DNA of 64,000 bases from an uncultured Candidatus Saccharibacteria bacterium (lineage in GTDB: Bacteria > Patescibacteriota > Saccharimonadia > Saccharimonadales > Saccharimonadaceae). Numbering within the stretch: position 1 is the stretch's first letter; each line of letters begins with the position of its first letter. A model generated the notes under the pieces. It saw nothing but the letters and a program-made list of their open reading frames with translations. It had not been told where the DNA came from and did not search any database. Position numbers and translations under genes: made by a program. This document shows positions 27,435-36,821 of the stretch, in pieces. The stretch spans positions 186,927 through 250,926 of the forward strand of contig CAUVUB010000001.1 in NCBI GenBank assembly GCA_963555045.1. Direction: 5' to 3'.

Positions 27435-27463
27435 ATTATATAAGGGTATGGCATAAAGCGCAA
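27435..27463 (-). promoter_or_regulatory. Sigma70 promoter for the 27282 to 26666 unit
   Basis: Minus strand reads TTGCGC (27458-27463), 17 nt, TATAAT (27435-27440). This implies a leader of about 145 nt. Confidence 0.6.
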
Positions 27464-27624
27464 GCTGGCGCCGGCTGGTGACATGCGCCAGATAACTTAG
27501 TTGTAAATATGGCCATAGTGTGGCAAAATAAGATCAGATTCATTCAGTGGATTTGAGCGCATGCAGGTTGTATTCGCTCATCCGGAGTGAAGCCTGTGTG
27601 CACCTTAATTATTGTTAGGAAGTG

Positions 27625-28314
27625 ATGAAATTGCTGATCGATTTTACTGATGAGCGAAAGCTACATACTGCTCCTGCGACGGTAAGTATTCGTAAGGCAC
27701 TTGATGCCTTACAAAATACATATCCGCTGGATTATCGGGTTGTCAACCCGCTTGACACTTCCCTGTTTGATCAGGGTAAGGTGTCAGAATGGGTGCCGAT
27801 TGACTGGCTAGCTGGGTTTTCTGCTCGGGTTGCTACTGGATCTGGGCGGATGAGGGTTCTACCACAATCACCAGGTTCTCCTGACATACATGGAGAGGCT
27901 CGTCGCAAGAAGTCTCGTGAAATCCGCCAAGCTTTTGTCAAACACAGTAGTGTACTAGGCAATTTGCTTAGCACGGCAAAGTTACCCTCAGCAGGAGATG
28001 TGTCATCTCTGAATGTTCCTATGGAACAGCTGCAGCCGTCCTTATCTCTGCTTGCAAAAGTCTTGCAGCTGCAAGAGGGCGATTTGCCTGCTCTGTTGGT
28101 TTGCATTGGCGTGCATGAGCAGTTTAGCAAGGATATTACCGATGAGTATGGTTTGCGTGGTAAGCACTTACTGGTGCGAACGGTTGAAAATAAACTCGTG
28201 CTGTATAGTGCCGGCAAGAAGAGCGAAACGTCAGATGAGCTAGACAGCCTGAATGAGCTGTTCAGTCAAGCTATCGGCAAAAAAATTGATCTAGAGACAC
28301 GTCTTTACGATTAG
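27625..28314 (+). CDS. Hypothetical protein, 229 aa
   Basis: Clean ORF with AGGAAG upstream and a strong terminator downstream. No motif recognised. Confidence 0.55.
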   Translation: MKLLIDFTDERKLHTAPATVSIRKALDALQNTYPLDYRVVNPLDTSLFDQGKVSEWVPIDWLAGFSARVATGSGRMRVLPQSPGSPDIHGEARRKKSREIRQAFVKHSSVLGNLLSTAKLPSAGDVSSLNVPMEQLQPSLSLLAKVLQLQEGDLPALLVCIGVHEQFSKDITDEYGLRGKHLLVRTVENKLVLYSAGKKSETSDELDSLNELFSQAIGKKIDLETRLYD

Positions 28315-28338
28315 TAAGCGGCCATCACACGCACATGG

Positions 28339-28392
28339 GCCCCCGAGGCGCTATGCAGTAACTTGCATAGTAGTCTCGGGGGTTTTACTTTT
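28339..28392 (+). terminator. Intrinsic terminator after the 27625-28314 gene
   Basis: Outer stem CCCCCGAG/CTCGGGGG (28340-28347 / 28375-28382) encloses the inner hairpin CTATGCA/TGCATAG, followed by TTTTACTTTTT. Confidence 0.8.
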
Positions 28393-28410
28393 TACTAAAA
28401 ACTAAATGGC

Positions 28411-28441
28411 AGCAAAACCCGGGAAACATATGGTTCCCGGG
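28411..28441 (-). terminator. Intrinsic terminator after the ABC permease gene
   Basis: Stem CCCGGGAA/TTCCCGGG (28418-28425 / 28434-28441). On the minus strand it is followed by TTTTGC. Confidence 0.65.
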
Positions 28442-28461
28442 CGGTGTTATATTTTGCTGGG

Positions 28462-29685
28462 TTATGATCGCTTCTCTTTGTAGAAAATAGCTTTGAGCGA
28501 TAGCACCTTATTATATTCGATTGAGCCGTAGTGGAAGAGGCGGATAGCAATCCAGAAGGTGATGCCAGCGCTGACGATCAAGATACCAGCTGCAAGTAGT
28601 CCTTCCCCAAGCGGCAGGTTACCTGTTGCGTTACGGATCAAGAGTGGCATTGGTGAGGTGAATGGGATGAGCGATGTCACCTTAACAAGTGGGGCATTTG
28701 GCGTTGAGATAATCAGCATGAAGAAGTATAGCGGTGCAAAGAAGAGTGTCATAAGCGCACCCAGGAAGCTACCGGCTTCTTTAGCTGTTGGCACTGCGGC
28801 ACCGACAGCGATCACGAGGCCTGCAAAGAAGGCGAACCCGGCAGTGCTGATTAGCGCACTCATCGCGATACGAACAGGCTCAATTTGGATATTCTTGAGG
28901 ATGTCAATTGGCACACCGCCGGCTGTCTTATCGATAAGAAGGTACGTTGCGACAGTCATCAGTGTCATAATGGTGACTTGCAGCGCCGCCAGAACGACAA
29001 TAGAAAGAATTTTTCCAAAAATCAGCGTACGCGGCTGGATGGTTGTAAGGATCATCTCGGTGACGCGGTTTTCCTTCTCTTCTGAGGTACTTGTTAGGAT
29101 TGGGTTGACGAACGTCATCAGCACAACGTACAGCAGTATCAGGAAGGCTGCTGGGATGATCATGCTACCAATAGGGTCGTATTGTTTACCATCACGATAG
29201 AAGGTGCTGGTGGTTTGCAGTTTGCCGGCAATAATTTGCTGGTCGGCCTTATCTACCTTGCTACTAACCGAACGCTTCAGTAGCTGCTGCGCCATATTTT
29301 CATAGCGGCTATTATTAAAGATATTTTCATCTTTTGCATAGACCTCAATAGGCTGGCTTCCAACGTTCTCTGGGATGAAAATAACGGCATCTTTGCGGCC
29401 CTGCTTCACCTCGGTGATAGCACTATCTTTGTCGGTAGCTTTAGTAAAAGCATGCTCTCCCTGGAAGGCTTCTTTGCCTACTTTGCCAGATTTGTCGATA
29501 ATAGCGATATTGGTTGAGCCATTGGCAAGCTGGTTGAGCTGCTCTTGTGAGGCTTTTTGTGAAAAGGTCATCACGCCACTAATGATTGCAAGAATAAGCG
29601 GTGGCAGCAAAATACTTGTCCAGAAGCTTCGCTTTTTTAAGGTGCGCAAAACTTCAAAGCGCATAACAGTTTTTAGATTAAACAT
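28462..29685 (-). CDS. ABC-2 type transporter permease (NatB-like)
   Basis: About 407 aa with an N-terminal TM helix, a large extracytoplasmic loop and a C-terminal cluster of 5 TM helices. The ATG at 29685 overlaps the stop of the ATPase gene. Confidence 0.75.
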   Translation of the reverse strand: MFNLKTVMRFEVLRTLKKRSFWTSILLPPLILAIISGVMTFSQKASQEQLNQLANGSTNIAIIDKSGKVGKEAFQGEHAFTKATDKDSAITEVKQGRKDAVIFIPENVGSQPIEVYAKDENIFNNSRYENMAQQLLKRSVSSKVDKADQQIIAGKLQTTSTFYRDGKQYDPIGSMIIPAAFLILLYVVLMTFVNPILTSTSEEKENRVTEMILTTIQPRTLIFGKILSIVVLAALQVTIMTLMTVATYLLIDKTAGGVPIDILKNIQIEPVRIAMSALISTAGFAFFAGLVIAVGAAVPTAKEAGSFLGALMTLFFAPLYFFMLIISTPNAPLVKVTSLIPFTSPMPLLIRNATGNLPLGEGLLAAGILIVSAGITFWIAIRLFHYGSIEYNKVLSLKAIFYKEKRS

Positions 29686-30448
29686 GGTGTTCCTCCTCTG
29701 CTGGCTGGTCTTGGACAGTGTATGAATAGAGGTCAACGAAAATATCATCGATTGACTTACCGCCGTGTGCTGCCCGAACTTCTGCTACGGTGCCATAGGC
29801 TGCGGCTTTACCGTCTTTTAGCAAAATGAGTCGGTCACACAGCTCTTCTACTTCTGCCATGTCATGGGTAACGAGAATGACAGTTGCTCCGGCTGCGCGG
29901 CGTTCTTCGATGAGGCTACGAAGTAGGCGGCGATTGACTGGGTCGAAGCCCTTGGTCGGCTCGTCAAGGATAAGCAGCTCTGGGTTGTTCATCATAGTGA
30001 TGCCAAGCTGTACTTTTTGCTGCTGGCCACCAGAGAGCTTACCTAGCTTAGTCTTGACTTTGTCGGCAAGGCTTACTTTTTTGAGGAATTCTAGGCTATA
30101 GGTTTTCGCGTCTTTGCGGCTCATGCCCTTTAGCTCGCCAAAGTAAAGCATCACATCAAGCACGGTTTCGTTGCGGTACAAGCCGCGCTCTTCTGGCAGG
30201 TAGCCAATGACTTCCCCGTTTTTAGGTGAGTACGTGTGGCCATTGATCGTGAGGCTACCACCATCAGCAATGTAGATGCCGAGTAGCGTGCGAATAATGG
30301 TTGTTTTTCCTGATCCGTTACTTCCAAGTAAGCCGAAGGTTTCACCACGGCGCACCTCGAACGACAGATCGTCGATAATTGTTGTCTTGCCAAATGATTT
30401 CGTCAGGTGGTCCACCTGAACGATTGGCGATAATTGCTTTGTTGTCAT
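29678..30448 (-). CDS. ABC transporter ATP-binding protein
   Basis: Walker A GSNGSGKT, signature LSGGQQQK and Walker B LLILDEP. The start is set at the ATG at 30448. Confidence 0.9.
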   Translation of the reverse strand: MTTKQLSPIVQVDHLTKSFGKTTIIDDLSFEVRRGETFGLLGSNGSGKTTIIRTLLGIYIADGGSLTINGHTYSPKNGEVIGYLPEERGLYRNETVLDVMLYFGELKGMSRKDAKTYSLEFLKKVSLADKVKTKLGKLSGGQQQKVQLGITMMNNPELLILDEPTKGFDPVNRRLLRSLIEERRAAGATVILVTHDMAEVEELCDRLILLKDGKAAAYGTVAEVRAAHGGKSIDDIFVDLYSYTVQDQPAEEEHHV

Positions 30449-30512
30449 GTGCAAAAGTATGACATAGAGCTAGAAGTTTGCAAATGAAAATATAGCGGAA
30501 CTATGCAATACA

Positions 30513-30521
30513 TGGTATACT
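30513..30521 (+). promoter_or_regulatory. Extended -10 promoter element for tgt
   Basis: TGGTATACT lies 24 nt before the tgt ATG. The SD AAGGAGG follows. Confidence 0.5.
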
Positions 30522-30545
30522 GACTGTAGTAGTAAGGAGGTGTAA

Positions 30546-31790
30546 ATGATACAACAAAATATAGAGCAGCCCCCGTTTTGGTTTGAGGTGCACAGCCGGT
30601 TACCCGGCCGGCACGGGCGAACAGGCACGATTCACACGCCGCATGGAATTATTCAAACTCCGGCCTTCATCCCTGTCGGTACGCAGGCTACCCTGAAAGC
30701 GCTTACTCCCGAGCAGCTGGCGGCGACTGGCGCGCAGGCTATGCTAGCCAATGCCTACCATTTATATTTGCGGCCAGGTGCCGAGATTGTTGACCAAGCC
30801 GGCGGATTAGGTGCGTTTGCTAATTGGCCAGGGCCTACCTTTACTGATAGTGGCGGCTTTCAGGTTATGAGCTTGGGCGTTGGTTTTAAAAAAGTGATTG
30901 ACATGACCGGCCAAGAACAAGGCCAGCACGCTGCAAAAAAAGATAAGCTAGCCTGGATTGATGATGATGGCGTTATGTTTAAGTCGCACCTCGATGGTAG
31001 CCGGCACCGCTTTAATCCGGAAGTGTCAATGCAGATTCAACATCAGCTTGGCGCTGATATTATCTTTTCGTTTGATGAGCTAACGACGTTGCACCACAGC
31101 TATGCATATCAAGTTGAGTCGCTGGCTCGGCGTACGCACCCTTGGGCTGAGCGTAGTTTACGGGAGCATAAGCGCCTCACCGCAGAGCGCGCTGATAAGC
31201 CGTATCAAGCATTGTTTGGCGTTATTCAAGGGGCGGATTATGAAGATTTGCGTCGACAGTCAGCGCGGTTTTATGGTGAGCGTGATTTTGATGGCTTTGG
31301 TTTGGGCGGCGCGCTGCGTAAGGAAAATATTGGCCAAATTGTGGGCTGGATGTGTGATGAGCTGCCGGAGGCTAAGCCGCGCCATATGCTGGGCATTTCG
31401 GAGCCAGATGATATATTTGCCTGCATTGAAGCGGGCGCCGACACCTTCGACTGCGTATCTCCTGCTCGAGTGGGACGAAATGGGGCGCTATATTCACCGT
31501 ATGGCCGAATTAATATCACTGGTCGCCGCTTTAAAGATGATTTCCGGCCATTTGATGCAGATTGTGATTGTTACACCTGCCAAAATTACAGCCGAGCATA
31601 TTTGCACCACCTGTTCCGCGCCAAAGAGATGCTCGCTGGCACGCTAGCTACAATTCATAATCAGCGGTTTATTGTGCGACTAGTGGACGGTATTCGACAA
31701 AGCATTGCAGATGGCAGTTTTAATGAACTACGGGCTAAGGTGCTGGCTGATTATTACACGCCAGCTGCAGAACGACCACAGGGCTGGTAG
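30546..31790 (+). CDS. tgt: Queuine tRNA-ribosyltransferase (tRNA-guanine transglycosylase)
   Basis: 414 aa with TPAFIPVGT, DSGGFQ and the zinc site CDCYTCQNYSRAYLHHL. Confidence 0.92.
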   Translation: MIQQNIEQPPFWFEVHSRLPGRHGRTGTIHTPHGIIQTPAFIPVGTQATLKALTPEQLAATGAQAMLANAYHLYLRPGAEIVDQAGGLGAFANWPGPTFTDSGGFQVMSLGVGFKKVIDMTGQEQGQHAAKKDKLAWIDDDGVMFKSHLDGSRHRFNPEVSMQIQHQLGADIIFSFDELTTLHHSYAYQVESLARRTHPWAERSLREHKRLTAERADKPYQALFGVIQGADYEDLRRQSARFYGERDFDGFGLGGALRKENIGQIVGWMCDELPEAKPRHMLGISEPDDIFACIEAGADTFDCVSPARVGRNGALYSPYGRINITGRRFKDDFRPFDADCDCYTCQNYSRAYLHHLFRAKEMLAGTLATIHNQRFIVRLVDGIRQSIADGSFNELRAKVLADYYTPAAERPQGW

Positions 31791-31850
31791 TTCCCTCTGT
31801 TGTGTAGATCGTTTCTAGCGCTAAATGCTCATGGCAATACCTGGTAAAGC

Positions 31851-31859
31851 TGGTATAAT
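31851..31859 (+). promoter_or_regulatory. Extended -10 element 7 nt before the AI-2E transporter start
   Basis: TGGTATAAT, then 7 nt, then the ATG at 31867, with no SD. Confidence 0.55.
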
Positions 31860-31866
31860 AGACTTC

Positions 31867-33117
31867 ATGAAAGTGAAGATACAGATTGACACACAAACAT
31901 TTGTGCGCTTCTGGCTGGTGGTAATTGGGTTTGCAGCTGCAGGTTGGCTACTCTTTGCTGCCCGGGAGGCACTTACTATTATTGGTATTTCGTTTTTCCT
32001 AGCAATTGCCTTGTCTAAGCCAGTGGCAACGCTCGCAAAGATGCTACCAAACCGTAGCCGAGTAGGCGGTACAGCTATTGCCTTTGTGCTTATTGTTGTT
32101 GCACTTGGCATTTTTGGCTTTTTGGTGGTACCTCCAATCATTGAGCAGACTGCTAAGATTGCAAGCACTGTGCCGTCTTTGGTGGAAAATGCTCAAAATC
32201 AGTGGCATGGGCTATCTGGTTTGGTGGAGCGGTATCATTTAGAACCGCAGGTAAACCAAGCGGTAGAGTCGGTGCGTTCAAGTGTCGTGACCATAGCGCA
32301 AGGTGCTGGCGGTATGCTGGTAAGTGGCATTGGGTCAGCGGCATCACTGCTAACGGCTAGCTTGCTTGTGCTTGTGCTTACCTTCCTGATGCTAGTGGAA
32401 GGTCCGGTGTGGGTTGATCGTATCTGGCTGCTATACACTAATCGTTCACGAATGCTCTATCATCGGGGGCTGCTCGATAAAATGTATAATGTGGTGACCA
32501 ACTACGTGAATGGTCAGCTACTTGTCTCAATGATTGGTGGCTTGAATGCTGGGCTGGCGGTATTTATCCTTAGCCTATTCACTGGTATTCCTGCTAATCT
32601 TGCGATGCCAGTTATTGCACTTACCTTTGTGCTGTCACTTATTCCAATGTTTGGTGCTACCATCGCCGGAGCGCTGGCTACCGCGCTGCTTGCGTTGAAC
32701 GATCTAACAGCGGCGGTGATTTATGTCATCTTCTTTATCATATACCAGCAGCTTGAAAATAACTTGATTGCTCCTGTAGTGCAATCTCGTTCTATCAATC
32801 TTTCAGCCTTAGTAATTTTAACGGCTGTGACAATCGGTACCTACATGTTTGGTATTGCGGGTGGTATTATCTCGATTCCAATTGCGGGTTGTATCAAGAT
32901 TTTGCTCGAGGATTACGTCGCACGTCGGCGGTCTGCTCAGGCTAAAACAAAGCTAAAGAAAGCTATTGCAAAAGTGGCAGGAGGCGAGTCGGCAGCTGCT
33001 ACCGAAGAGGCTACTCCTGCTGGTGAAGTTGAGCATGAGGCTGGTGGTAACCAGAAAGTAAAAGCCGCTTCTGGTAAAAAGAAGCATAAAAAACACCGCG
33101 GTGGTGCCTCATCTTAA
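31867..33117 (+). CDS. AI-2E family transporter (PerM/YhhT-like)
   Basis: A polytopic membrane protein of about 416 aa with the family-typical layout and a charged C-terminal tail. The start is set at the ATG at 31867. Confidence 0.75.
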   Translation: MKVKIQIDTQTFVRFWLVVIGFAAAGWLLFAAREALTIIGISFFLAIALSKPVATLAKMLPNRSRVGGTAIAFVLIVVALGIFGFLVVPPIIEQTAKIASTVPSLVENAQNQWHGLSGLVERYHLEPQVNQAVESVRSSVVTIAQGAGGMLVSGIGSAASLLTASLLVLVLTFLMLVEGPVWVDRIWLLYTNRSRMLYHRGLLDKMYNVVTNYVNGQLLVSMIGGLNAGLAVFILSLFTGIPANLAMPVIALTFVLSLIPMFGATIAGALATALLALNDLTAAVIYVIFFIIYQQLENNLIAPVVQSRSINLSALVILTAVTIGTYMFGIAGGIISIPIAGCIKILLEDYVARRRSAQAKTKLKKAIAKVAGGESAAATEEATPAGEVEHEAGGNQKVKAASGKKKHKKHRGGASS

Positions 33118-33169
33118 GCAGGTGAATTAACTAACAGTGTGGCGCTGCGTTAGAGCCGTAGCATACTAA

Positions 33170-33206
33170 TAACCCTTACTGAGCCAGTAAGGGTTATATT
33201 ATTTTT
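33170..33206 (+). terminator. Intrinsic terminator after the AI-2E transporter gene
   Basis: 10-bp stem AACCCTTACT/AGTAAGGGTT (33171-33180 / 33186-33195), followed by ATATTATTTTT. Confidence 0.85.
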
Positions 33207-33220
33207 AGTGGAGGCGCGGC

Positions 33221-34702
33221 CTAGGTGAGCCAATACCACTGGCTGCCGTTGGCTGTATCTCGCACGGCAATTTTTTGCTCGGCCAGAGCATCACGAATCC
33301 TGTCTGCTTCGTGCCAGTCTTTGCGCGCGCGGGCGGCTTCCCGTTTGGTGATAAGCTGCTGCAGCTCTGGCGTAATATTACGCGATGAAGCTCGCAAATC
33401 AAGGCCAAGTGTGCCGTCGATCACACTCAGGAAGGCGTCAAAGGCTGCGGCTGATAACGTTGCCGGGTTCGTCTTTTCGATTGCGTCAATAGCAGCATCG
33501 ACTACGGTAAGTGCTGCTGCAGTATTAAGGTCTTGCCAAAGCGCCGCACTAAAGTCATGAGCAAATGTGCCAAAAAAGGTATCACGCTGTGCGGTCTGCA
33601 GCGCTGCGGCAGCATCTGTTGCTGTGGCGGTTTCATCCAAATGTTGGCCTGTCTGCCAGCGCAGTGCGCTTGCTTGCCGCCAGTGCGCAAGGCGTTGCCC
33701 TGCCGCATGTATCGTATCGTCAGAGTAGAGCGTACTTTTGCGGTAGTGAGATTGTAATACCAGCAGGCGAAAGGCCAGCGGGTCGATGCCTTTTTCGGTT
33801 AGATCGCGCAGGGTTAAGAAATTATGCAGGCTTTTGCTCATCTTTTTACCATCTACCAAAATATGCTCATTGTGCAAAAAGAGCGCTGCATAAGTGGCGT
33901 GCGGATCATCTGCTAGCGCGGTACTTTGCGCAATTTCATTTTCGTGGTGCGGAAAGGCTAAATCGATGCCACCAGTGTGAATATCAAAGGGTAGCCCCAG
34001 ACTTAACTGACTCATAGCCGAGCACTCAATATGCCACCCCGGACGGCCTGCGTAGTTAGTGCCATCAATGACAAAATCCCAGGCTGGCTCCCCTGGCTTT
34101 TGCAGCTTCCACAGCGCAAAATCATGGGCGGCGTCTTTATCGTACTCATCATTGTTAATACGCTGCCGCTTATCTGCTTGGCCTAAGTCTAGCTCGGTGA
34201 GCTGGCCATAAGTTTTGCCCGATGCTTGATACGCTGCAATTGAAAAGTAAATGCCATCATCAGCGATGTAGGCGATGCCTGCATTCACTAGCTTGGTAAT
34301 AAGTGATTGCATTGCTGCCATGGCTGGTTGACTCGTGGCACGAATGAAGGTATACGCGCTCGTGTCATTACCGACCGTTGCCATGTCTTGCAAGAATTGT
34401 TCACCAAAAAATGTAGTCACGTTAGCCAGTGCTTCATTTGGCGCGGCTTCAGGGTACATTTCGGCGCTGCGGCGAATAGTTTTGTCATCCACATCGGTAA
34501 AGTTCATCGTGTGTTGCACTCGAAAACCTGCCAGCTGCAGAGCGCGCCGCAATGTATCGGCCGCGATAAAGGCGCTTAAGTTGCCGATATGGACGTAGTC
34601 ATATACGGTTGGTCCACATGAATAAATGCGGAATGTATCTCCCGTCAGCGGCGTAACTGGCGCGACAGTTTTTGTTAAAGAGTTGTATAAGGAAACGCTC
34701 AT
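33221..34702 (-). CDS. cysS: Cysteine--tRNA ligase
   Basis: 493 aa with a HIGH-type motif (HIGN), KMSKS and a class I synthetase layout. The SD GAAAGGA lies upstream. Confidence 0.93.
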   Translation of the reverse strand: MSVSLYNSLTKTVAPVTPLTGDTFRIYSCGPTVYDYVHIGNLSAFIAADTLRRALQLAGFRVQHTMNFTDVDDKTIRRSAEMYPEAAPNEALANVTTFFGEQFLQDMATVGNDTSAYTFIRATSQPAMAAMQSLITKLVNAGIAYIADDGIYFSIAAYQASGKTYGQLTELDLGQADKRQRINNDEYDKDAAHDFALWKLQKPGEPAWDFVIDGTNYAGRPGWHIECSAMSQLSLGLPFDIHTGGIDLAFPHHENEIAQSTALADDPHATYAALFLHNEHILVDGKKMSKSLHNFLTLRDLTEKGIDPLAFRLLVLQSHYRKSTLYSDDTIHAAGQRLAHWRQASALRWQTGQHLDETATATDAAAALQTAQRDTFFGTFAHDFSAALWQDLNTAAALTVVDAAIDAIEKTNPATLSAAAFDAFLSVIDGTLGLDLRASSRNITPELQQLITKREAARARKDWHEADRIRDALAEQKIAVRDTANGSQWYWLT

Positions 34703-34785
34703 AAGGTCCTTTCGTTGTCATGGTTAGCTTCGCTTGGCCCGGTGAAGTTCGCGGGGTGCAGCAGCTTGGCACGCTTCCGATGCGG

Positions 34786-35829
34786 CTAGGCTGCCGCAGT
34801 GGTACAGGCGCGCTGCAAGGCGGCATCTGTAGCTGCTATGAGCTCGCGCAGCCCTGTTTCGTATGATTCATAAATTCGAAAACCTGCCACATAGGCGTGG
34901 CCACCGCCACCGAAAGCTCCGGCAATGTCATGCGCGATCGGCAGGTTGGTTTTAACTTTCCCTGTTAGTTTTTGGTCTGGGTAGGTTTTAATGGCTACGC
35001 AAACCTCCACACCATCCACTAGGCGCATCTCATCGATAACCAGTGCACTTGGGTTGTATTGGTCGCTATATGCACGAATATCTTCCCAGGGCACGTGAAC
35101 AACAGCCAGTTTGCCGTCTAGGTAATACTCAATGCGCTGCAAGAGCTCGCCTTTGTAGGCTAAAATTTCTGGAGCTTTTTTCATAAATTCGCGGCGTCGC
35201 TCTTCGATTGCTGCGTTGTTGGCACCCAGCTCAACGAACCGAGTTGCCGCGGCGAACGCAGCTGCATCAGCGCTTGGTGTACTGAGCCCTAGGCTATCGC
35301 TCATCAGCGCGATAAGTCCATTTTCGGCGGCTTCAGCTGATAGCTTCCACCCGGCGTACTCTGCTAGCTGCAATACCACCATCGAGGTAGCAGCTGCTTC
35401 TTGGTGCAGCATGGTAGCTGAAAATGGCAAATCGCCTGCTTCAAGGTGATGGTCTATTACGAGCACCGGCCGAGTCTGCAGCCAGTGCGCGACCCCCGGC
35501 TGGTCGAGCGTCTTAGAAAGTAGCACCTGTGCTGAAGTGTCGACAATAATGGCTAAATCGGCCTGCGTATTGAAATCTGCCTCCACGCGGTCCCAGCCAC
35601 GGATGTAGCGCAAGTATTTAGGGATTTCAACTGGGCAATGTAGTGACACATCCTTTCCAAGATCACCTAATATATGTTCAAGCAGTAGTGCCGAACCAAG
35701 GCTGTCCCCATCTGGGTTCTCAGCCTGGATAATGACAATCGATTGTGCAGCATCTATCATGTCACGAGCGTGTTGTAGCTCGCTGGCTAAAGGTGCTGGT
35801 GCTGTGGTTTGGTGGGCTTCTTTTGTCAT
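34786..35829 (-). CDS. DHH/DHHA1 family phosphoesterase (NrnA-like oligoribonuclease / pAp phosphatase)
   Basis: DGDSLGS, a DHH motif (VIDHH) and the DHHA1 motif GGGHAYVAG. Confidence 0.8.
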   Translation of the reverse strand: MTKEAHQTTAPAPLASELQHARDMIDAAQSIVIIQAENPDGDSLGSALLLEHILGDLGKDVSLHCPVEIPKYLRYIRGWDRVEADFNTQADLAIIVDTSAQVLLSKTLDQPGVAHWLQTRPVLVIDHHLEAGDLPFSATMLHQEAAATSMVVLQLAEYAGWKLSAEAAENGLIALMSDSLGLSTPSADAAAFAAATRFVELGANNAAIEERRREFMKKAPEILAYKGELLQRIEYYLDGKLAVVHVPWEDIRAYSDQYNPSALVIDEMRLVDGVEVCVAIKTYPDQKLTGKVKTNLPIAHDIAGAFGGGGHAYVAGFRIYESYETGLRELIAATDAALQRACTTAAA

Positions 35830-35837
35830 GGTATACC

Positions 35838-36455
35838 TTATGTAATAATGCTGCGTCCTTGCAGTGCATGTGAGAGGGTTATCTGATCGGCATATTCAAG
35901 ATCAACGCCAATTGGCAGTCCTCGTGCAAGGCGGCTAATGGTAATGGTGACGCCGTGGTCTTTCAGGTATCGCTGTAAAAATAAGGCAGTAGATTCGCCC
36001 TCGACCGAAGCGTTGGTTGCGATAATTAGCTCACGCACCTGATCTTGTTTAATGCGAGTGAGCAGCTCTGGAATATGCAATTCTTCTGGGCCAATGCCAT
36101 CAATCGGGCTAATTGCCCCACCAAGTACGTGGTAGGTTCCCTTAAACTGCCCAGTACGCTCAAGCGCAATAACATCAAGCGGCTCTTCCACCACTGCTAC
36201 AGTGGTTTTGTCACGAGCTTGATCGGTGTACAGTGGCGAGATAGCTTCATTGCTATCGATCAGCGCAAACGTAACTGGGCAAGTTTTAACGCCAGTTTGC
36301 AGATTGGCGACTGCCCGGGCTAGTTGTTGATTGCCCGATTCGGCTCGGCGCAGCAAAAAATACGCATACCGCTCTGCAGTGCGTGGGCCGACACCAGGTA
36401 GATGCCCTAGCTCATCGATAAGATCAGCCAGGGCTTTGGGTAGTTGCTGCGCCAT
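35838..36455 (-). CDS. recR: Recombination protein RecR
   Basis: 205 aa with an HhH segment (LPGVGPRTAERYA) and a Toprim domain. Only one conserved Cys is visible, so the zinc finger looks degenerate. Confidence 0.88.
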   Translation of the reverse strand: MAQQLPKALADLIDELGHLPGVGPRTAERYAYFLLRRAESGNQQLARAVANLQTGVKTCPVTFALIDSNEAISPLYTDQARDKTTVAVVEEPLDVIALERTGQFKGTYHVLGGAISPIDGIGPEELHIPELLTRIKQDQVRELIIATNASVEGESTALFLQRYLKDHGVTITISRLARGLPIGVDLEYADQITLSHALQGRSIIT

Positions 36456-36473
36456 AATTGCTAGGCTAACTGA

Positions 36474-36764
36474 TTAAAATGGCAGCTTGCCGAGGCCTCC
36501 AAGCATTGGCTGAATTTTATTTTGGGCAACAGTTTGTGCCTGTGTAAGCCCGTCACGAATACATGATTTTACAAGGTTGTTGAGTTCTTCAGCGTTCTCT
36601 GGCTTAAGAAATTCTGGGTCAATCTCCACGCTCTTGATTTCCATAGCAGCATTAAACCGCATCGTAACTTCTGGGTTTTCGTCGCTCGATACTACTTCAA
36701 TAATCTCTTTTTTAAGCTGTTTTTGTGCATCGTATAGTTTTTTGGCCATTTTCATCTGGTCCAT
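36474..36764 (-). CDS. ybaB: YbaB/EbfC family nucleoid-associated protein
   Basis: 96 aa in the position upstream of recR, with the typical helical pattern and a C-terminal GL..LPF. Confidence 0.8.
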   Translation of the reverse strand: MDQMKMAKKLYDAQKQLKKEIIEVVSSDENPEVTMRFNAAMEIKSVEIDPEFLKPENAEELNNLVKSCIRDGLTQAQTVAQNKIQPMLGGLGKLPF

Positions 36765-36821
36765 AGGTACTCTCCCTCTGTTTGGTTATTGTCTTGCTCA
36801 ATGCGTATTATTATAGCGCAG

